From NCBI GenBank assembly GCA_964562525.1, contig CAZLTL010000012.1, forward strand, positions 15,985 to 79,984: DNA of 64,000 nucleotides. Reading direction: 5' to 3'. Positions 17,951 through 29,559 of the stretch are shown here, piece by piece (position 1 is the first letter of the stretch; each line of letters opens with the position of its first letter). Both the position numbers and the translations under genes were made by a program. The notes beneath the pieces are model-generated. The model was not told where the DNA came from. It saw only the letters and a program-made list of their open reading frames with translations, and did no database searches. Origin of the DNA: an uncultured bacterium. GTDB taxonomy: Bacteria > Omnitrophota > Omnitrophia > Omnitrophales > Aquincolibacteriaceae.

Positions 17951-20900
17951 TCAGTTCCCCCCCACGCGTGATGTGCTTCGAATGTTCTCTTCGAAAGCAG
18001 CCATAACGGCTTCGTCGCCCGTTAAGCCCTGGCTTTCAACTTTCGCCATCGCAAGCAATACATTTTTATAATCTTTCGGAATCACTTTGACAAAACGGCC
18101 AAGCGCTTTGTCCCAGTCTTTTAAAATGCGATCGCCGAGCTTACTCTTCGTGTATTTCACATGTTTTTCAATCAGACCTTTTAATTCAGCAATATCTTTT
18201 TTATCTTCAACAGCTTCCAATAAAACCATCTGCTTGTTGCAACGATTTGGGAAAGTGCCGTCCGTGTCATAAACATAAGCGATACCGCCCGACATACCAG
18301 CCGCAAAGTTGCGCCCTGCTGGACCGAGAATCACCGCGACGCCGCCCGTCATATATTCGCAGCCATGATCGCCCACGCCTTCAACAACCGCTTTCACGCC
18401 GCTGTTGCGCACACAGAAACGTTCACCGGCCATACCGTTCAAATAAGCTTCGCCACTGGTTGCGCCGTAAAACGCGACATTGCCGAGAATCATGTTTTTT
18501 TCAGCTTCAAAAGTTGATTTCTTCGAAGGATAAATAATAATTTTTCCGCCCGAAAGACCTTTGCCGACATAGTCATTCGCGTCGCCTTCAAGCTCAAGCG
18601 TAATCCCCTTCGGCACGAACGCGCCGAGACTTTGTCCCGCGGAACCGTGAAAATTCAAATGAATCGTATCTTCCGGCAACCCTTCCGCACCGTAGCGACG
18701 TGTGACTTCACTGCCGAGAATCGTACCGACTACGCGGTTAATATTGTGAATTGCGACGCCGGCTTTTACTTTTTTGCCTTCGGAAAGCGCGGGTTCGCAA
18801 AGATCAAGCAACACTTGATTATCGAGAGCGTTAATCAAACCGTGATCTTGTTCAATTTGCTGATAGCGTCCAACATTCGCGGGCACCTTGGGGCTATAGA
18901 GAATCTTCGAATAATCCAACCCTTTGGCTTTCCAATGAGTTACGGCTTTTTTGAAGTCGAGCAAATCCGTGCGTCCGACCATTTCGTTGATCGTGCGGAA
19001 ACCCAGCTGAGCCATCAATTCGCGAACTTCTTGCGCGATGAAAAGCATAAAATTCACAACATGTTCGGGTTTGCCCATAAATTTTTTACGAAGTTCAGGA
19101 TCCTGTGTCGCGACACCAACCGGGCAAGTGTTCAAATGGCAGACGCGCATAAGAATACAGCCCAATGTAACAAGCGGCGCTGTTGCGAAACCGAATTCTT
19201 CGGCGCCAAGCAACGCAGCAATAATCACATCGCGGCCGGTTTTAAGCTGACCATCCGTTTCAACCACAACGCGGCTGCGCAGATTGTTGAGCAAAAGAGT
19301 TTGATGCGTTTCGGCAAGTCCGAGTTCCCAAGGACCGCCGGCATGCTTAATCGAAGATAAAGGCGAAGCACCTGTGCCGCCGTCATGACCGCTGATCAAA
19401 ATCACATCGGCATGCGCTTTCGCCACACCCGCCGCAATCGTACCAACGCCGATTTCGGAAACCAACTTCACATTGATACGCGCTTTCGTGTTGGCGTTTT
19501 TCAAATCGTGAATCAACTCGGCCAAATCTTCGATGGAATAAATATCGTGATGCGGCGGCGGCGAAATGAGTCCCACGCCCGGCGTAGAAAGACGAACCTT
19601 CGCAACCCAAGGATAAACTTTACTGCCGGGAAGCTGTCCGCCTTCACCCGGTTTCGCGCCTTGCGCCATCTTGATCTGAATTTCCTGCGCGTTCACAAGA
19701 TAATGACTGGTGACGCCGAAACGGCCGGAAGCAACCTGCTTAATCGCACTCTTCTTGGAATCGCCGTTGGCTTCAGGCGTAAAACGCGCGGGATCTTCTC
19801 CGCCTTCGCCGGTATTCGATTTGCCGCCGAGACGGTTCATCGCAATCGCCAAAGTTTCATGCGCTTCTTTTGAAATCGAGCCGTAAGACATCGCGCCGGT
19901 TTTGAAGCGTTTTACAATCGCTTCAACTGATTCCACTTCTTCGATCGGAACGGGTTTACCCGGAAATTTAATATCCATCAAACTGCGCAAAGTGCAAAGC
20001 GATTCCGCCTGTTCATTCACCAGCTTGGAATATTCCTGAAAAACCTTGTAATTATTGTTGCGAACCGAAGCCTGAAGTTTGTGAATCGTTTCAGGATTAA
20101 AAAGATGGTATTCGCCGTCTTTGCGCCATTGATATTGACCGCCTGAAGCAAGCGCATGCGAATCAATTTGGCGGTCGGGAAAAGCATCTCGTTGGCGCGC
20201 GCGTACTTCTTCATGCACGGTTTCAAGACTGATACCCTCAATGCGTGTCGCGGTACCGGTAAAATATTTATCGACTAATTTTTGATTGATGCCGACCGCT
20301 TCAAAAATTTGCGCGCCGCGATAACTCTGAATCGTGGAAATACCCATTTTCGACATCGTCTTCACGACGCCTTTGGAAACGGCTTTTACATAATTTTTTA
20401 CGGTCACCTTATGTTCAATGCCCTTGAGCAATCCCTGGCGGATCATATCGTCCATCGACTCAAAAGCGAGATAAGGATTGATGGCACCGGCACCGTAACC
20501 GAGAAGCAAGGCAAAGTGATGTACTTCGCGCGGTTCGCCTGATTCAAGAATCAAACCGATTTTGGTGCGTGTCCCTTCGCGAATTAAATGATGATGCGTT
20601 CCTGAAACCGCGAGCAAGGCCGGGATCGCGGCATTGTCATGATTGATACCGCGGTCGGAAAGTACAATTAAATTACAGCCGTTTTTAATCGCGGCGTCGC
20701 ACTCCTTGAAAACGCGATCCATCGCAGCTTCGAGACCTTTCGCGCCTTTTTCAATTTCATAAAGAATTGAAACGGTCGCGGACTTAAAATCAGGATGATT
20801 GATGTGACGCAATTTTTCAAAATCTTCATTCGAAAGAATCGGGCTGTCGATTTGAATCTGGCGGCAGCTTTTCGCTTCCGGCTCCAGAAGATTGCGCTCG

Positions 20901-22582
20901 GTACCAAGCGTCGTCAAAGTGGAAGTTACGATTTCTTCGCGAATACAGTCAATCGGCGGATTCGTTACCTGCGCGAAAAGCTGTTTGAAATAATTGTATA
21001 AAAGCTGAGGTTTATTCGATAACACGGCAAGCGGTGTATCCGTTCCCATGGAACCGATCGGCTCTACGCCGTCGCGGCCCATCGGAGTCAAAATCAAACG
21101 CAAATCTTCAAAGGTATAACCAAATGCTTTTTGGCGCTGTAAAACCGTTTCATGATCGGGTTCATGCACATGCGGTGCATCCGGCAACTTATCGAGCAAA
21201 ATTAAATTGTCATTCAGCCAGGTGCGGTAAGGTTTCTCGCCGACGATTTTCTTTTTGATTTCTTCGTCGGAAATGATGCGGCCTTCTTTTGTGTCGATCA
21301 AAAACATGCGGCCCGGCTGAAGGCGTCCTTTTTCTAAAACATTTTCCGGAGCTACCGGCAATACTCCGACTTCGGAAGCCATAATAACGCGGTCGTCTTT
21401 GGTTACATAATAACGGTTAGGGCGCAGTCCGTTGCGGTCGAGGATGGCGCCGATTTGCGTACCATCGGTAAACGCAATGGCCGCGGGGCCGTCCCACGGT
21501 TCCATCAAACAGCTGTGATATTGATAAAACGCTTTTTTCTCATCAGACATGGATTCATGCATCGACCATGGCTCGGGAATCATCATCATCACCGAATGCG
21601 GCAAAGAACGGCCCGAAAGAACCAAGAACTCAAGACAGTTGTCAAACATTGCGGAGTCAGAACCGTCTTGATTGATAACCGGCATCAACTTTTTAATATC
21701 ATCGCCCCATACGCCGGACGCACAAAGTGCCTGGCGCGCATTCATCCAGTTCACGTTACCGCGCAAAGTGTTGATTTCGCCGTTATGCGCGACAAAGCGA
21801 TAAGGATGGGCGCGATCCCAACTCGGAAACGTGTTCGTGCTGAAACGGGAATGCACAAGACCGATGGCGCTTTCCATCGCGGGATCATTCAGCTCAGGGA
21901 AGAAATCTTCAACCTGTTCGGGTAACAACATACCTTTGTAAATAATGGTGCGGCTAGAAAGGCTTGATACATAAAAAAACTCGCGGCCTTTAACATCTTT
22001 GGAATAACGGATTTCGTTTTCGACACGGCAGCGGATGACATACAGTTTGCGCTCAAACGCCATTTGATCTTTGAGGTTGGCGGATTTGCCGATAAAGATC
22101 TGGCTGACATACGGCTCGCTGGCTTTAGCTGTTTCACCCATCGAACGGTTCGTAGTCTGCACTTTGCGCCAGCCGAGAACCTGCTGACCTTCTTCTTTGA
22201 CAATTTTTTCGAAAATTTTTACGAAGTTCTTATATTCTTTTTCTTTCACCGGCATAAAAACCATGCCGACACCGTATTCACCTTCGGCCGGAAGATTGAT
22301 ACCGAAGCCCGGACAGTTTTCCTGAAAATATTTGTGCGGAAGCTGAAACAAAATACCGGCGCCGTCACCCGTGTTGTATTCACAGCCGCAAGCGCCGCGA
22401 TGGCGGAGGTTCTTTAAAATCGTGAGCGCGTCCTGAACAATTTGATGGGATTTCTGACCTTTAATATGCGCGACAAACCCGACACCGCAGGCATCATGCT
22501 CTTGGCGCGGATCATAAAGGCCTTGAGCTTCAGGGCGTTTCCAAAGAGGCTGCTTTTCCATTTTTCGCTGAGTGTCCGTCAT
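17951..22582 (-). CDS. gltB: glutamate synthase large subunit
   Basis: Has the N-terminal amidotransferase Cys (..[14 protein letters not shown]..), then FMN-binding and GXGXG C-terminal domains, about 1540 aa. The ORF track extends to 22699. The ATG at 22580-22582 ([14 protein letters not shown]..) gives the expected N-terminus; an upstream start cannot be excluded. Confidence 0.85.
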   Translation of the reverse strand: MTDTQRKMEKQPLWKRPEAQGLYDPRQEHDACGVGFVAHIKGQKSHQIVQDALTILKNLRHRGACGCEYNTGDGAGILFQLPHKYFQENCPGFGINLPAEGEYGVGMVFMPVKEKEYKNFVKIFEKIVKEEGQQVLGWRKVQTTNRSMGETAKASEPYVSQIFIGKSANLKDQMAFERKLYVIRCRVENEIRYSKDVKGREFFYVSSLSSRTIIYKGMLLPEQVEDFFPELNDPAMESAIGLVHSRFSTNTFPSWDRAHPYRFVAHNGEINTLRGNVNWMNARQALCASGVWGDDIKKLMPVINQDGSDSAMFDNCLEFLVLSGRSLPHSVMMMIPEPWSMHESMSDEKKAFYQYHSCLMEPWDGPAAIAFTDGTQIGAILDRNGLRPNRYYVTKDDRVIMASEVGVLPVAPENVLEKGRLQPGRMFLIDTKEGRIISDEEIKKKIVGEKPYRTWLNDNLILLDKLPDAPHVHEPDHETVLQRQKAFGYTFEDLRLILTPMGRDGVEPIGSMGTDTPLAVLSNKPQLLYNYFKQLFAQVTNPPIDCIREEIVTSTLTTLGTERNLLEPEAKSCRQIQIDSPILSNEDFEKLRHINHPDFKSATVSILYEIEKGAKGLEAAMDRVFKECDAAIKNGCNLIVLSDRGINHDNAAIPALLAVSGTHHHLIREGTRTKIGLILESGEPREVHHFALLLGYGAGAINPYLAFESMDDMIRQGLLKGIEHKVTVKNYVKAVSKGVVKTMSKMGISTIQSYRGAQIFEAVGINQKLVDKYFTGTATRIEGISLETVHEEVRARQRDAFPDRQIDSHALASGGQYQWRKDGEYHLFNPETIHKLQASVRNNNYKVFQEYSKLVNEQAESLCTLRSLMDIKFPGKPVPIEEVESVEAIVKRFKTGAMSYGSISKEAHETLAIAMNRLGGKSNTGEGGEDPARFTPEANGDSKKSAIKQVASGRFGVTSHYLVNAQEIQIKMAQGAKPGEGGQLPGSKVYPWVAKVRLSTPGVGLISPPPHHDIYSIEDLAELIHDLKNANTKARINVKLVSEIGVGTIAAGVAKAHADVILISGHDGGTGASPLSSIKHAGGPWELGLAETHQTLLLNNLRSRVVVETDGQLKTGRDVIIAALLGAEEFGFATAPLVTLGCILMRVCHLNTCPVGVATQDPELRKKFMGKPEHVVNFMLFIAQEVRELMAQLGFRTINEMVGRTDLLDFKKAVTHWKAKGLDYSKILYSPKVPANVGRYQQIEQDHGLINALDNQVLLDLCEPALSEGKKVKAGVAIHNINRVVGTILGSEVTRRYGAEGLPEDTIHLNFHGSAGQSLGAFVPKGITLELEGDANDYVGKGLSGGKIIIYPSKKSTFEAEKNMILGNVAFYGATSGEAYLNGMAGERFCVRNSGVKAVVEGVGDHGCEYMTGGVAVILGPAGRNFAAGMSGGIAYVYDTDGTFPNRCNKQMVLLEAVEDKKDIAELKGLIEKHVKYTKSKLGDRILKDWDKALGRFVKVIPKDYKNVLLAMAKVESQGLTGDEAVMAAFEENIRSTSRVGGN

Positions 22583-22778
22583 GTTTTTATGATTAATCGG
22601 TAAAATTCCGGCTATTGTGCCCAAAAACCCGCACAATGTAAACTCTTGGTTTTGGGGTGAAGATATTACAACCTGAATCGGTTTTTGAGAAGAGCCCATT
22701 TTAATAATTGAGCTGATTAAGAACTAATCCGAACAAAGCCGTTGATAAGCGGTTGCAAACCAACGCTATTAAAATAGA

Positions 22779-24551
22779 ATGCTGAGCGAAGCACCGCCCC
22801 TTCCGGAGCGGTTTTTCCTCGCGGAGCACCCAAAAATAGGCAGAAACATTCAAACTGTGACTCAAACTCAAACCCAGCCAGGTCTTTTTAAAAAAAATCT
22901 GGTTCTTATCTTTTTATTTGCCGTCCTGACTATGGGGATAACCGCCCGTTTTTGGGATTTGTCACAGCACTTCACCAATACCGACGACCTAGGTATCATC
23001 GAAGTGACCTTTGAAGCGCAAAAGGCGGGGAACCTCTTCCATCTGCCGACGATTTTAACGAACGCGCCTTTTCAATACGTTCTCACCTATTTTCTTCTCA
23101 CTGAAAAAATGTCTTATGAGGAACTCCTCTTTTGGTGCCGCCTCCCTTCGTGTCTGTTCGGCGGCGGCGCATTGGCTATTCTTCTGCTCTTTTATTTTGA
23201 TTACGCGCGCAAACAAATCACGAAAGCTTTGCTTGGCCTCACGCTGCTCGCCTGTTCATGGGAAGCAATTATCTTTTCAAAGCAAACGCATAGTTATTCC
23301 ATCGGCGTCTTGGCATCCGCATTGCTCTGCTTGCTTTTGATCGATCAAATGAAGCGCCGTCCGCAAATTTCGCCGGCATGGCTGGGCGTCTTTTTGGCGT
23401 TGATCGCGTCCATGCAGTATCAAGCGCTTGTTTTTTTACCCGCCCTTCTAATCAGTCTCTACTTTTATCGCCGGCCTTTTGCCGGATCGCAATTGGCTCT
23501 AATCAAACCGTTGGGAATCACCACAGCTGTGTGCGGGCTGGTTTTTTATCCCGTATGGAAATTTTTTCTCCGCAACAAACCGGACAACTTTCACGCAACA
23601 TTAGATTGGACATTGGGCGCTAACCGCGAATTTGCTTTCCCCAATCTGGAAGCAATCAATCTCTTGCAGGCTATTTTAAAATCCGTTTGGTTTTACATTA
23701 AAAATTTCCACTTTATTTTCGAATCAAAAATCAGTTTCATTCCCGATAATTTCTTTTTATTTCAGCCCATCACTTTTTGTCTTTTTGTGCTTTTCTGCTT
23801 AGGGGTAATTCATTTCTTTATCACACCCAACCGCAAAACGCGCCACATCGGTATTTTTTTTGGAGGCTGTCTTTTAACCTGGTGGATACTTGTCCCTCTT
23901 AAACAATTTCCTTACACCCCTTCGCGCCACACGCTGATTCTTCTGCCCTTCTTCTGCATCACAATCGCGGAAGGACTAGATGGGCTGCGCCGATTACTCA
24001 AAAAGGCTTCCTTGAAATATCCTCGTTTTTTATTTGATCGAAGCGCTATCGCGATAAGCTTCACGATCCTGATTTTATTTATTATTTTTTATCCGCATTT
24101 TCTTGCCGAAAGAAAAAATCCCATTCAGGAAAAAGAAGTTTGCGGGCTGATCGATAAATACAAAGTGGACTCCATGCTCTTTGACCGCCGCAGCCTGCAC
24201 TTGGAATACATGGCTTGTGTTCGCGCGCTGGCCGACAAACAAGACAAGCCGGGCGAGGTCAGAACTTTTGCGACTGTCAGCCGTTACCCCGGCGTCAGCG
24301 CGCAAGACCGCTGTGAAATTTTCAAGCAAATGAATAATGTCGGAGCCATTGACCAGCTTCGCGCTACAGGCACCTTACCCATGGTAATGAAACGGGAATG
24401 CGCTGACTATAAAACGGTTTATCAAAAAGAGGTCGATACCGGCGTCATGGAGGGATTTGATCGTAATCTCAAAGCGGATATTTACGGCAACAGGCTGTAC
24501 TTTTACATTCTTTCATTGGATCCTCCGCCCGCCGAGCCCTCTGTTTCCTGA
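22779..24551 (+). CDS. polytopic membrane protein, putative GT-C-fold (ArnT/PMT-like) glycosyltransferase with C-terminal soluble domain
   Basis: 590 aa, roughly 11 predicted TM segments with an acidic first loop (..HFTNTDDLGIIEV..). Its layout resembles the 51877 and 59042 proteins. The start is uncertain. Confidence 0.4.
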   Translation: MLSEAPPLPERFFLAEHPKIGRNIQTVTQTQTQPGLFKKNLVLIFLFAVLTMGITARFWDLSQHFTNTDDLGIIEVTFEAQKAGNLFHLPTILTNAPFQYVLTYFLLTEKMSYEELLFWCRLPSCLFGGGALAILLLFYFDYARKQITKALLGLTLLACSWEAIIFSKQTHSYSIGVLASALLCLLLIDQMKRRPQISPAWLGVFLALIASMQYQALVFLPALLISLYFYRRPFAGSQLALIKPLGITTAVCGLVFYPVWKFFLRNKPDNFHATLDWTLGANREFAFPNLEAINLLQAILKSVWFYIKNFHFIFESKISFIPDNFFLFQPITFCLFVLFCLGVIHFFITPNRKTRHIGIFFGGCLLTWWILVPLKQFPYTPSRHTLILLPFFCITIAEGLDGLRRLLKKASLKYPRFLFDRSAIAISFTILILFIIFYPHFLAERKNPIQEKEVCGLIDKYKVDSMLFDRRSLHLEYMACVRALADKQDKPGEVRTFATVSRYPGVSAQDRCEIFKQMNNVGAIDQLRATGTLPMVMKRECADYKTVYQKEVDTGVMEGFDRNLKADIYGNRLYFYILSLDPPPAEPSVS

Positions 24552-24580
24552 AAACAGGTTCTGGTGCTATCATATTCGCC

Positions 24581-25801
24581 ATGCCTCAATCTTCTTCCAA
24601 TCGATTTGAAATCGCACAAAATGTTTTTCGCTGGGCGCTGATTTCGATTTTAATCGGATTACTGGCCGGAAGCGCTTCCGCGCTTTTTTTGGTTTCACTC
24701 GACAAAGCGACGAGTCTCCGCGAAAATCATGGCTGGATTTTATTTCTTCTCCCGCTGGGCGGGCTTCTGATCGGCTGGGTTTATCACAAAATCGGCAAAG
24801 CGGTTGAAGGCGGAAACAACTTGCTGCTGGAAGAAATTCACGACCCCAAAAGCGTCATTCCTTTGCGCATGAGCCTGCTTGTTCTCGCGGGCACATTAGC
24901 AACGCATTTGTTCGGCGGCTCCGCGGGCCGCGAAGGAACCGCGGTACAAATGGGCGGCTCACTCGCGGATCAACTCACAACACCTCTCAAGCTTTCACCC
25001 GATGATCGCCGCATTTTACTCATGGCCGGAATCAGCGCGGGCTTTGCCTCAGTTTTTGGAACGCCTCTGGCAGGCGCGATTTTCGGACTGGAAGTTTTAG
25101 CGATCGGACGATTGCGCTATGAAGCGATTTTCCCTTGTTTTATTTCCGCACTCATCGCGCATTTAGTCACACTCGCTTGGGGCGTTCAGCACATCGTTTA
25201 TCAAGTGCCGTTTGTGCCTGCCATGACTTGGTTTCATCTGCTTCAAATTGCAATCGCGGGAGCTTTGTTCGGACTTGCCGGATCAGGTTTCAGCTGGGTC
25301 ATTCATAAAATGGCCGGCTTATTTAAAAAATATATCGCCTATGCTCCGCTCCGACCTTTTGTAGGCGGCATCATTCTTGTTTTGCTCGCGGGCGCGTTTC
25401 AAACGCATCGCTATTTGGGTCTTGGAATTCCGACCATGCAAGCCGCATTTGAAGGCTATTTACCGCCGCAAGATTTTCTCGCCAAAACTTTATTTACCGG
25501 CATCACGCTCGGCGCGGGATTTAAAGGCGGCGAGGTGACGCCTCTTTTTTTCATCGGCGCAACCATGGGAAATGCTCTCAGTTACGTGATGACATTACCC
25601 ACGGCGGTCTTGGCAGGAGTGGGATTCGTCGCGGTTTTTGCGGGCGCGGCCAACACGCCGCTTTGCTGTATTTTACTCGCCATGGAAATGTTCGGATCTG
25701 AAATCGGAGTTTATGCCGGAATCGGTTGCGTGATGAGCTATCTATTTTCAGGCCATACCGGCATTTACCACTCGCAACGAATTGCTCACTCTAAGCAGTA
25801 A
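24581..25801 (+). CDS. CLC-family channel of the fluoride-specific CLC-F (EriC-F) subclade
   Basis: 406 aa. Carries the three CLC-F selectivity-region variants GNNLL, GREGTAVQ and GGEVTPLF in place of the canonical GSGIP/GK(R)EGP/GxFxP. Confidence 0.7.
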   Translation: MPQSSSNRFEIAQNVFRWALISILIGLLAGSASALFLVSLDKATSLRENHGWILFLLPLGGLLIGWVYHKIGKAVEGGNNLLLEEIHDPKSVIPLRMSLLVLAGTLATHLFGGSAGREGTAVQMGGSLADQLTTPLKLSPDDRRILLMAGISAGFASVFGTPLAGAIFGLEVLAIGRLRYEAIFPCFISALIAHLVTLAWGVQHIVYQVPFVPAMTWFHLLQIAIAGALFGLAGSGFSWVIHKMAGLFKKYIAYAPLRPFVGGIILVLLAGAFQTHRYLGLGIPTMQAAFEGYLPPQDFLAKTLFTGITLGAGFKGGEVTPLFFIGATMGNALSYVMTLPTAVLAGVGFVAVFAGAANTPLCCILLAMEMFGSEIGVYAGIGCVMSYLFSGHTGIYHSQRIAHSKQ

Positions 25802-26057
25802 CATTCTCGCTCTGCGCCTGCGGCGCAACCGCGCAATCTGAGCTGTATTGTTCTGCTTAACTGCGCCTTACCTTTTGATAAGCTGACTGACTTAACCCGT
25901 AACCGTTTTCGTCCAGAACGAACAGGGACAAGGCGGGAACAGTCGGCAAAAGACGCAGCCGCAACAGCAAAGAACCGGATATTTTTCTTAATTTTTGTTT
26001 CGGTTGTTTTTTATTTTTGTTTTTCATAATCTCTCTCCACCTGACAAGCTGCCCGAT

Positions 26058-26091
26058 AACCGCCCCCGATCTGTGGGGGCGGTTATTTTTT
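26058..26091 (+). terminator. rho-independent terminator after the CLC-F gene
   Basis: AACCGCCCCC-GATCTG-TGGGGGCGGTT followed by ATTTTTT. Confidence 0.7.
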
Positions 26092-26156
26092 CGCTTTGAC
26101 TCTTCTGATTTGGCGTCCAATCTTTTTTGTCATGGAGCTTTTTCACTTACTCAACG

Positions 26157-29100
26157 TTAGAAAGCCATCACAACATTGGATAAAATCGGCTGTTTCTTTT
26201 TATCTTTATCTTCACGGTCATCATAAGCGATCGAAATATTTTGACCGCGGATTTGCTCCCACATGCTCCAAAATGCGGTGTGATACTCCGCATTACGGCC
26301 TGCGAGCAATTCTTGAACAATCTTTAGCTCATCCGGATCTTCAACCAATTCCAATACCTGCTTCACATTGCCAAGTTTGTCTTTAAATTCAATGCGATCT
26401 TCAAAGATCCATTTTGACCCGACAAATCCCACCGTGTCAGAATAAATATTTTCTATCACAATGGTTTTAGTCGAATAGCCTTCTTGATGAACAAAGATCA
26501 GGATTTTAGAAGAAGTTTTGGATAAAACCCCAAACCCTTCGGGATTAAGTCCCAAAGCGCTCACAGCCAAATCCTTTTCAGCATCTAACAATACTTCTCC
26601 TGCGCGAAAATCTGGATCAAAAGTATGCGCAATCTCATTACCCTGCGCATCTTTCCAGATATTGGCGGAATACAACCAGCTTGAAGTAATTTTACTCCCC
26701 AAAAACTGTCCATTCTCATCAAAAAACTCTGTCAGTCCGCCGAGTCGACAACCTATCGCCTGACAAATGTTGACGTAAAAAGGAGTCAGTGTTTTATAAG
26801 CAAAGGAAGGGGTCTTTCCAAAAATCATTGCCGCGATTTGATTTTCACCAATATCACTAGCTTGCATCAAAATTACCTGTCCCTCCTGCAGACGTTTTGC
26901 CAAATAGCTAATTCCGTTGTAGCCAAAAAACACACTCGCCTGTCCGGGGTGAGAAAAATTCTCAACCACTCTCGAGATATTGATATTTTTCATTGCAACC
27001 AACAAAGCAACCATGTCGCCCAAGCGGCTTATTTTAGGGCGCAGAGGCATCATATATTCAGGAAGTTTAATGCCCCTCCCATTCACAGGATCTCCCATTA
27101 ACATATCATCCCCAAGAATGAGATCAGCTTCAAAAATTGGTTCGGGTCCAGGCCATACACTTGCCTTACCTGGAAGAATTTGTTCCATGATTGCGAGCAT
27201 GAATCCAAAATCAACCGACACCGAGCCTGCCCCTGCACCAGAATAATTCACAAATCCAGTATTTCTTAAAATGTTTCCGTCAGCGGTCATTGAAAAGCTC
27301 AAACTCACTAAGTTGGAAGGCCACATAAGTGCCGAGACATCAATTATGTAATTACCCTGTTTGTCTTTACTAAGGCTGACAAGGTACTGTTCACCAAAAG
27401 CGACTTTTAATGCGGCTATCATTTCACGCACAGCCGAGGGAAGCATCTTTTGTTCGCCATGCGCAACAGCCTTTAAAAGCTGTTCGAGAGTTGAAAAATC
27501 CATTTTTTCTTCCGATCCATCCGCAAACGTAATTAAGGCTTCATAAACACTAAGATCAGTAACGGATTCTTCCGCAGGCTCGCGTTCGACTGGAACCGTA
27601 TACCACGATATTTTTCGTGACACACGGATGGTCGAAAGAATATTTCCCTGAACATCGGTTCGTGTAATCGTCATTACATTAGGGTTAATTTCATACACAT
27701 CCGCCCAGATTTTTTTTGGCTCAGGATAAGAAAACTGGCTAATTACCGCCAAATTACCCTGTTCATCATATTCTCTGACTTCAGCAATGCGATAGGTTCC
27801 AAATGAGTCTTGCTCAAGAATCACGTCTTTTTTGTCACCGCCAAATCTTTCTCCGTACTCCGTTCCTATACCGAATAAAATCTCAACTCGTTTACCGTCT
27901 TCGGAGTATCGATATGCCATTTGGGCGACTACCACTTCAATGTATTGCGCTGTGCATACGTCGCCAGTGCAATTATTCACAACTTGTGTCACAAAAACCG
28001 ACTGAAGCCGATTGTTGCCCGGTCCTTCGAGTCGAATAACACCTGTGTCCGTATTAAGTTCTGTCAAATAATTTGCCAAGAACCGTTTATCCCCCACAGA
28101 AAAATAAGCCGCCTTTAAAAAATAGGTCGACTCCGGTTCTTTCGCACAATCGGTCACACCCTCTGCAGAAACAGAACACGGAACACCCATCATAAGTGGC
28201 TGACTTTTGCCAAGCGTATAATTAATTTGACTGGGCAATTGATTGCTCCCAAGCGGATCCATCAAGCTTACCGCTCTTTGAGGAACCCTAACACTGGGAT
28301 CGATGTGAACCGTCGCGCTTAAAGACTGTAAATCAACTTCAATTTTGATTAAGCCATCGCGCATCAAATAAAGTACTGTTTTAAAATAGAACCCGAAATC
28401 ATTGACCAAACTCTGAACTAAAGTGCGCTCAGCCAACTTAACCTGACTAGGCTGAATGGCTTCATGCCACTTCACTTCCGTTTTGCTTTCATAACCCGAA
28501 TAAGTCGTCACCGTGGTTTTCTTTCCGAGATAAATACCGTTTTCATCGTAATAGTCGGTTTCAGACGCATCTGTTCCGCTGCATGAAGGCGGAAAACTCA
28601 TCGTACAAAGTGCATTTGATGTATTTTTTTGATGTGTATATTTTGCTTTACCCAAATGAAAATCAGCTTCAACATCGTCATAAGCCGGCTTGAGCGGCAA
28701 GGATGATGTATAAGTTCCATCATCATTTTTCTGAATGGCATAAAAATAACCATCACGTTCAATGACAAAATTTTTATCAAGCAGACTTCCGCTCACAAAG
28801 CGAACGGTCTCGCCATCCGCAGTTTGCCAAAGCTGCCCGGCACTCGCATCACGGGAGTCATGTTTTCTCGTTCCCAAAACTGTTCCGTCTTCGGCATAGT
28901 AAGTATCGGTTGTATCAAAGCACGGCGCGATAACGCATTCGACTTCTTCGCGAACGGTTGTTTTATAAATCGGTGATTGTGTCTGAGTGTTATCCGTTAA
29001 AACAACATGGACTTGCGCTGTTTCTTCAGGATCCGCCGGACTAATCAATGAGTTTTCAACCGGTGGATTAACAATCACTTCCACCGGAACATCATAACCA

Positions 29101-29390
29101 CATTCGCGAGTATAGGCATGGCATTGAACGGCAATTTCTTCCGCTTCAACCACCGGGCTAAGAGGGCTTCCGCTTTCAAATTGATCCGCTGCCGAAACTT
29201 GGCCCAGCTGAGCACCGAAGTTACGATCGTAGAACTGGTTATCAGGATCCACCACAGCAACGAATTGGCCGCTTCCATCCTGTTGAATCGGCTGAGCATC
29301 CGCCGCAAGAAGCGGTGTCACATTTGTAAAAAAATAAATGATGACGGTAACAACGCTATAAATTTTTACATTCAGTTTTAAAGTATTCAT
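26157..29390 (-). CDS. large secreted YD/RHS-like repeat protein (1077 aa), function unknown
   Basis: Has the signal peptide MNTLKLNVKIYSVVTVIIYFFTNVTPLLAADA and a GGGAGG Shine-Dalgarno 8 nt upstream. Recurring YD-type repeats are present (YYAEDGTVLG, YYDENGIYLG, FFDENGQFLG, YDEQGNLAV). No recognisable C-terminal toxin domain and no downstream immunity-like ORF. Confidence 0.55.
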   Translation of the reverse strand: MNTLKLNVKIYSVVTVIIYFFTNVTPLLAADAQPIQQDGSGQFVAVVDPDNQFYDRNFGAQLGQVSAADQFESGSPLSPVVEAEEIAVQCHAYTRECGYDVPVEVIVNPPVENSLISPADPEETAQVHVVLTDNTQTQSPIYKTTVREEVECVIAPCFDTTDTYYAEDGTVLGTRKHDSRDASAGQLWQTADGETVRFVSGSLLDKNFVIERDGYFYAIQKNDDGTYTSSLPLKPAYDDVEADFHLGKAKYTHQKNTSNALCTMSFPPSCSGTDASETDYYDENGIYLGKKTTVTTYSGYESKTEVKWHEAIQPSQVKLAERTLVQSLVNDFGFYFKTVLYLMRDGLIKIEVDLQSLSATVHIDPSVRVPQRAVSLMDPLGSNQLPSQINYTLGKSQPLMMGVPCSVSAEGVTDCAKEPESTYFLKAAYFSVGDKRFLANYLTELNTDTGVIRLEGPGNNRLQSVFVTQVVNNCTGDVCTAQYIEVVVAQMAYRYSEDGKRVEILFGIGTEYGERFGGDKKDVILEQDSFGTYRIAEVREYDEQGNLAVISQFSYPEPKKIWADVYEINPNVMTITRTDVQGNILSTIRVSRKISWYTVPVEREPAEESVTDLSVYEALITFADGSEEKMDFSTLEQLLKAVAHGEQKMLPSAVREMIAALKVAFGEQYLVSLSKDKQGNYIIDVSALMWPSNLVSLSFSMTADGNILRNTGFVNYSGAGAGSVSVDFGFMLAIMEQILPGKASVWPGPEPIFEADLILGDDMLMGDPVNGRGIKLPEYMMPLRPKISRLGDMVALLVAMKNINISRVVENFSHPGQASVFFGYNGISYLAKRLQEGQVILMQASDIGENQIAAMIFGKTPSFAYKTLTPFYVNICQAIGCRLGGLTEFFDENGQFLGSKITSSWLYSANIWKDAQGNEIAHTFDPDFRAGEVLLDAEKDLAVSALGLNPEGFGVLSKTSSKILIFVHQEGYSTKTIVIENIYSDTVGFVGSKWIFEDRIEFKDKLGNVKQVLELVEDPDELKIVQELLAGRNAEYHTAFWSMWEQIRGQNISIAYDDREDKDKKKQPILSNVVMAF

Positions 29391-29460
29391 TTGCGCATCC
29401 TCCCTTGTTATTTCCTAATAGAAAGATGGCGGAAGTCTTTATCAAAGTCTAAACAAACTC

Positions 29461-29511
29461 GATAAGAGGTCGAAAAGCGGCGATAAGCGGTAAAATCTTT
29501 GAATAAGCGGT
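29461..29511 (-). promoter_or_regulatory. three direct repeats GATAAGAGGT / GATAAGCGGT / AATAAGCGGT at 21/20-bp phasing; candidate LytTR-family response-regulator binding site
   Basis: The repeats start at 29461, 29482 and 29502, between the LytTR regulator gene and the YD-repeat gene, 70-120 bp upstream of the latter's start. LytTR regulators are known to bind about 9-bp direct repeats spaced 12-13 bp apart. Confidence 0.5.
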
Positions 29512-29559
29512 AAACCGAAAAATCCGCTATTTTGGACTTTATTCAGCCAGGTTTTTTCT

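Noticed and set aside
22583-22699. N-terminal 39-codon extension of gltB in the ORF track
   Set aside because: The extension ([14 protein letters not shown]...) has no counterpart in glutamate synthases. The internal ATG at 22582 gives the usual N-terminus just before the catalytic Cys. Kept as an alternative start only.
24552-24580. Fluoride (crcB-motif) riboswitch upstream of the CLC-F gene
   Set aside because: The gap is only 29 nt and there is no GGNGAUGG...CCUAC-like sequence. The region upstream of 22779 also lacks it.
25857-26120. 87-aa minus-strand ORF in the CLC-F / YD-protein intergenic region
   Set aside because: Highly basic low-complexity peptide with no Shine-Dalgarno. The region is better explained by the CLC-F terminator (26058-26091) and the 3' UTR. 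Other short nested ORFs in the track (e.g. 1113..1370, 3627..4004, 19385..19873) are likewise antisense shadows of strong CDSs.
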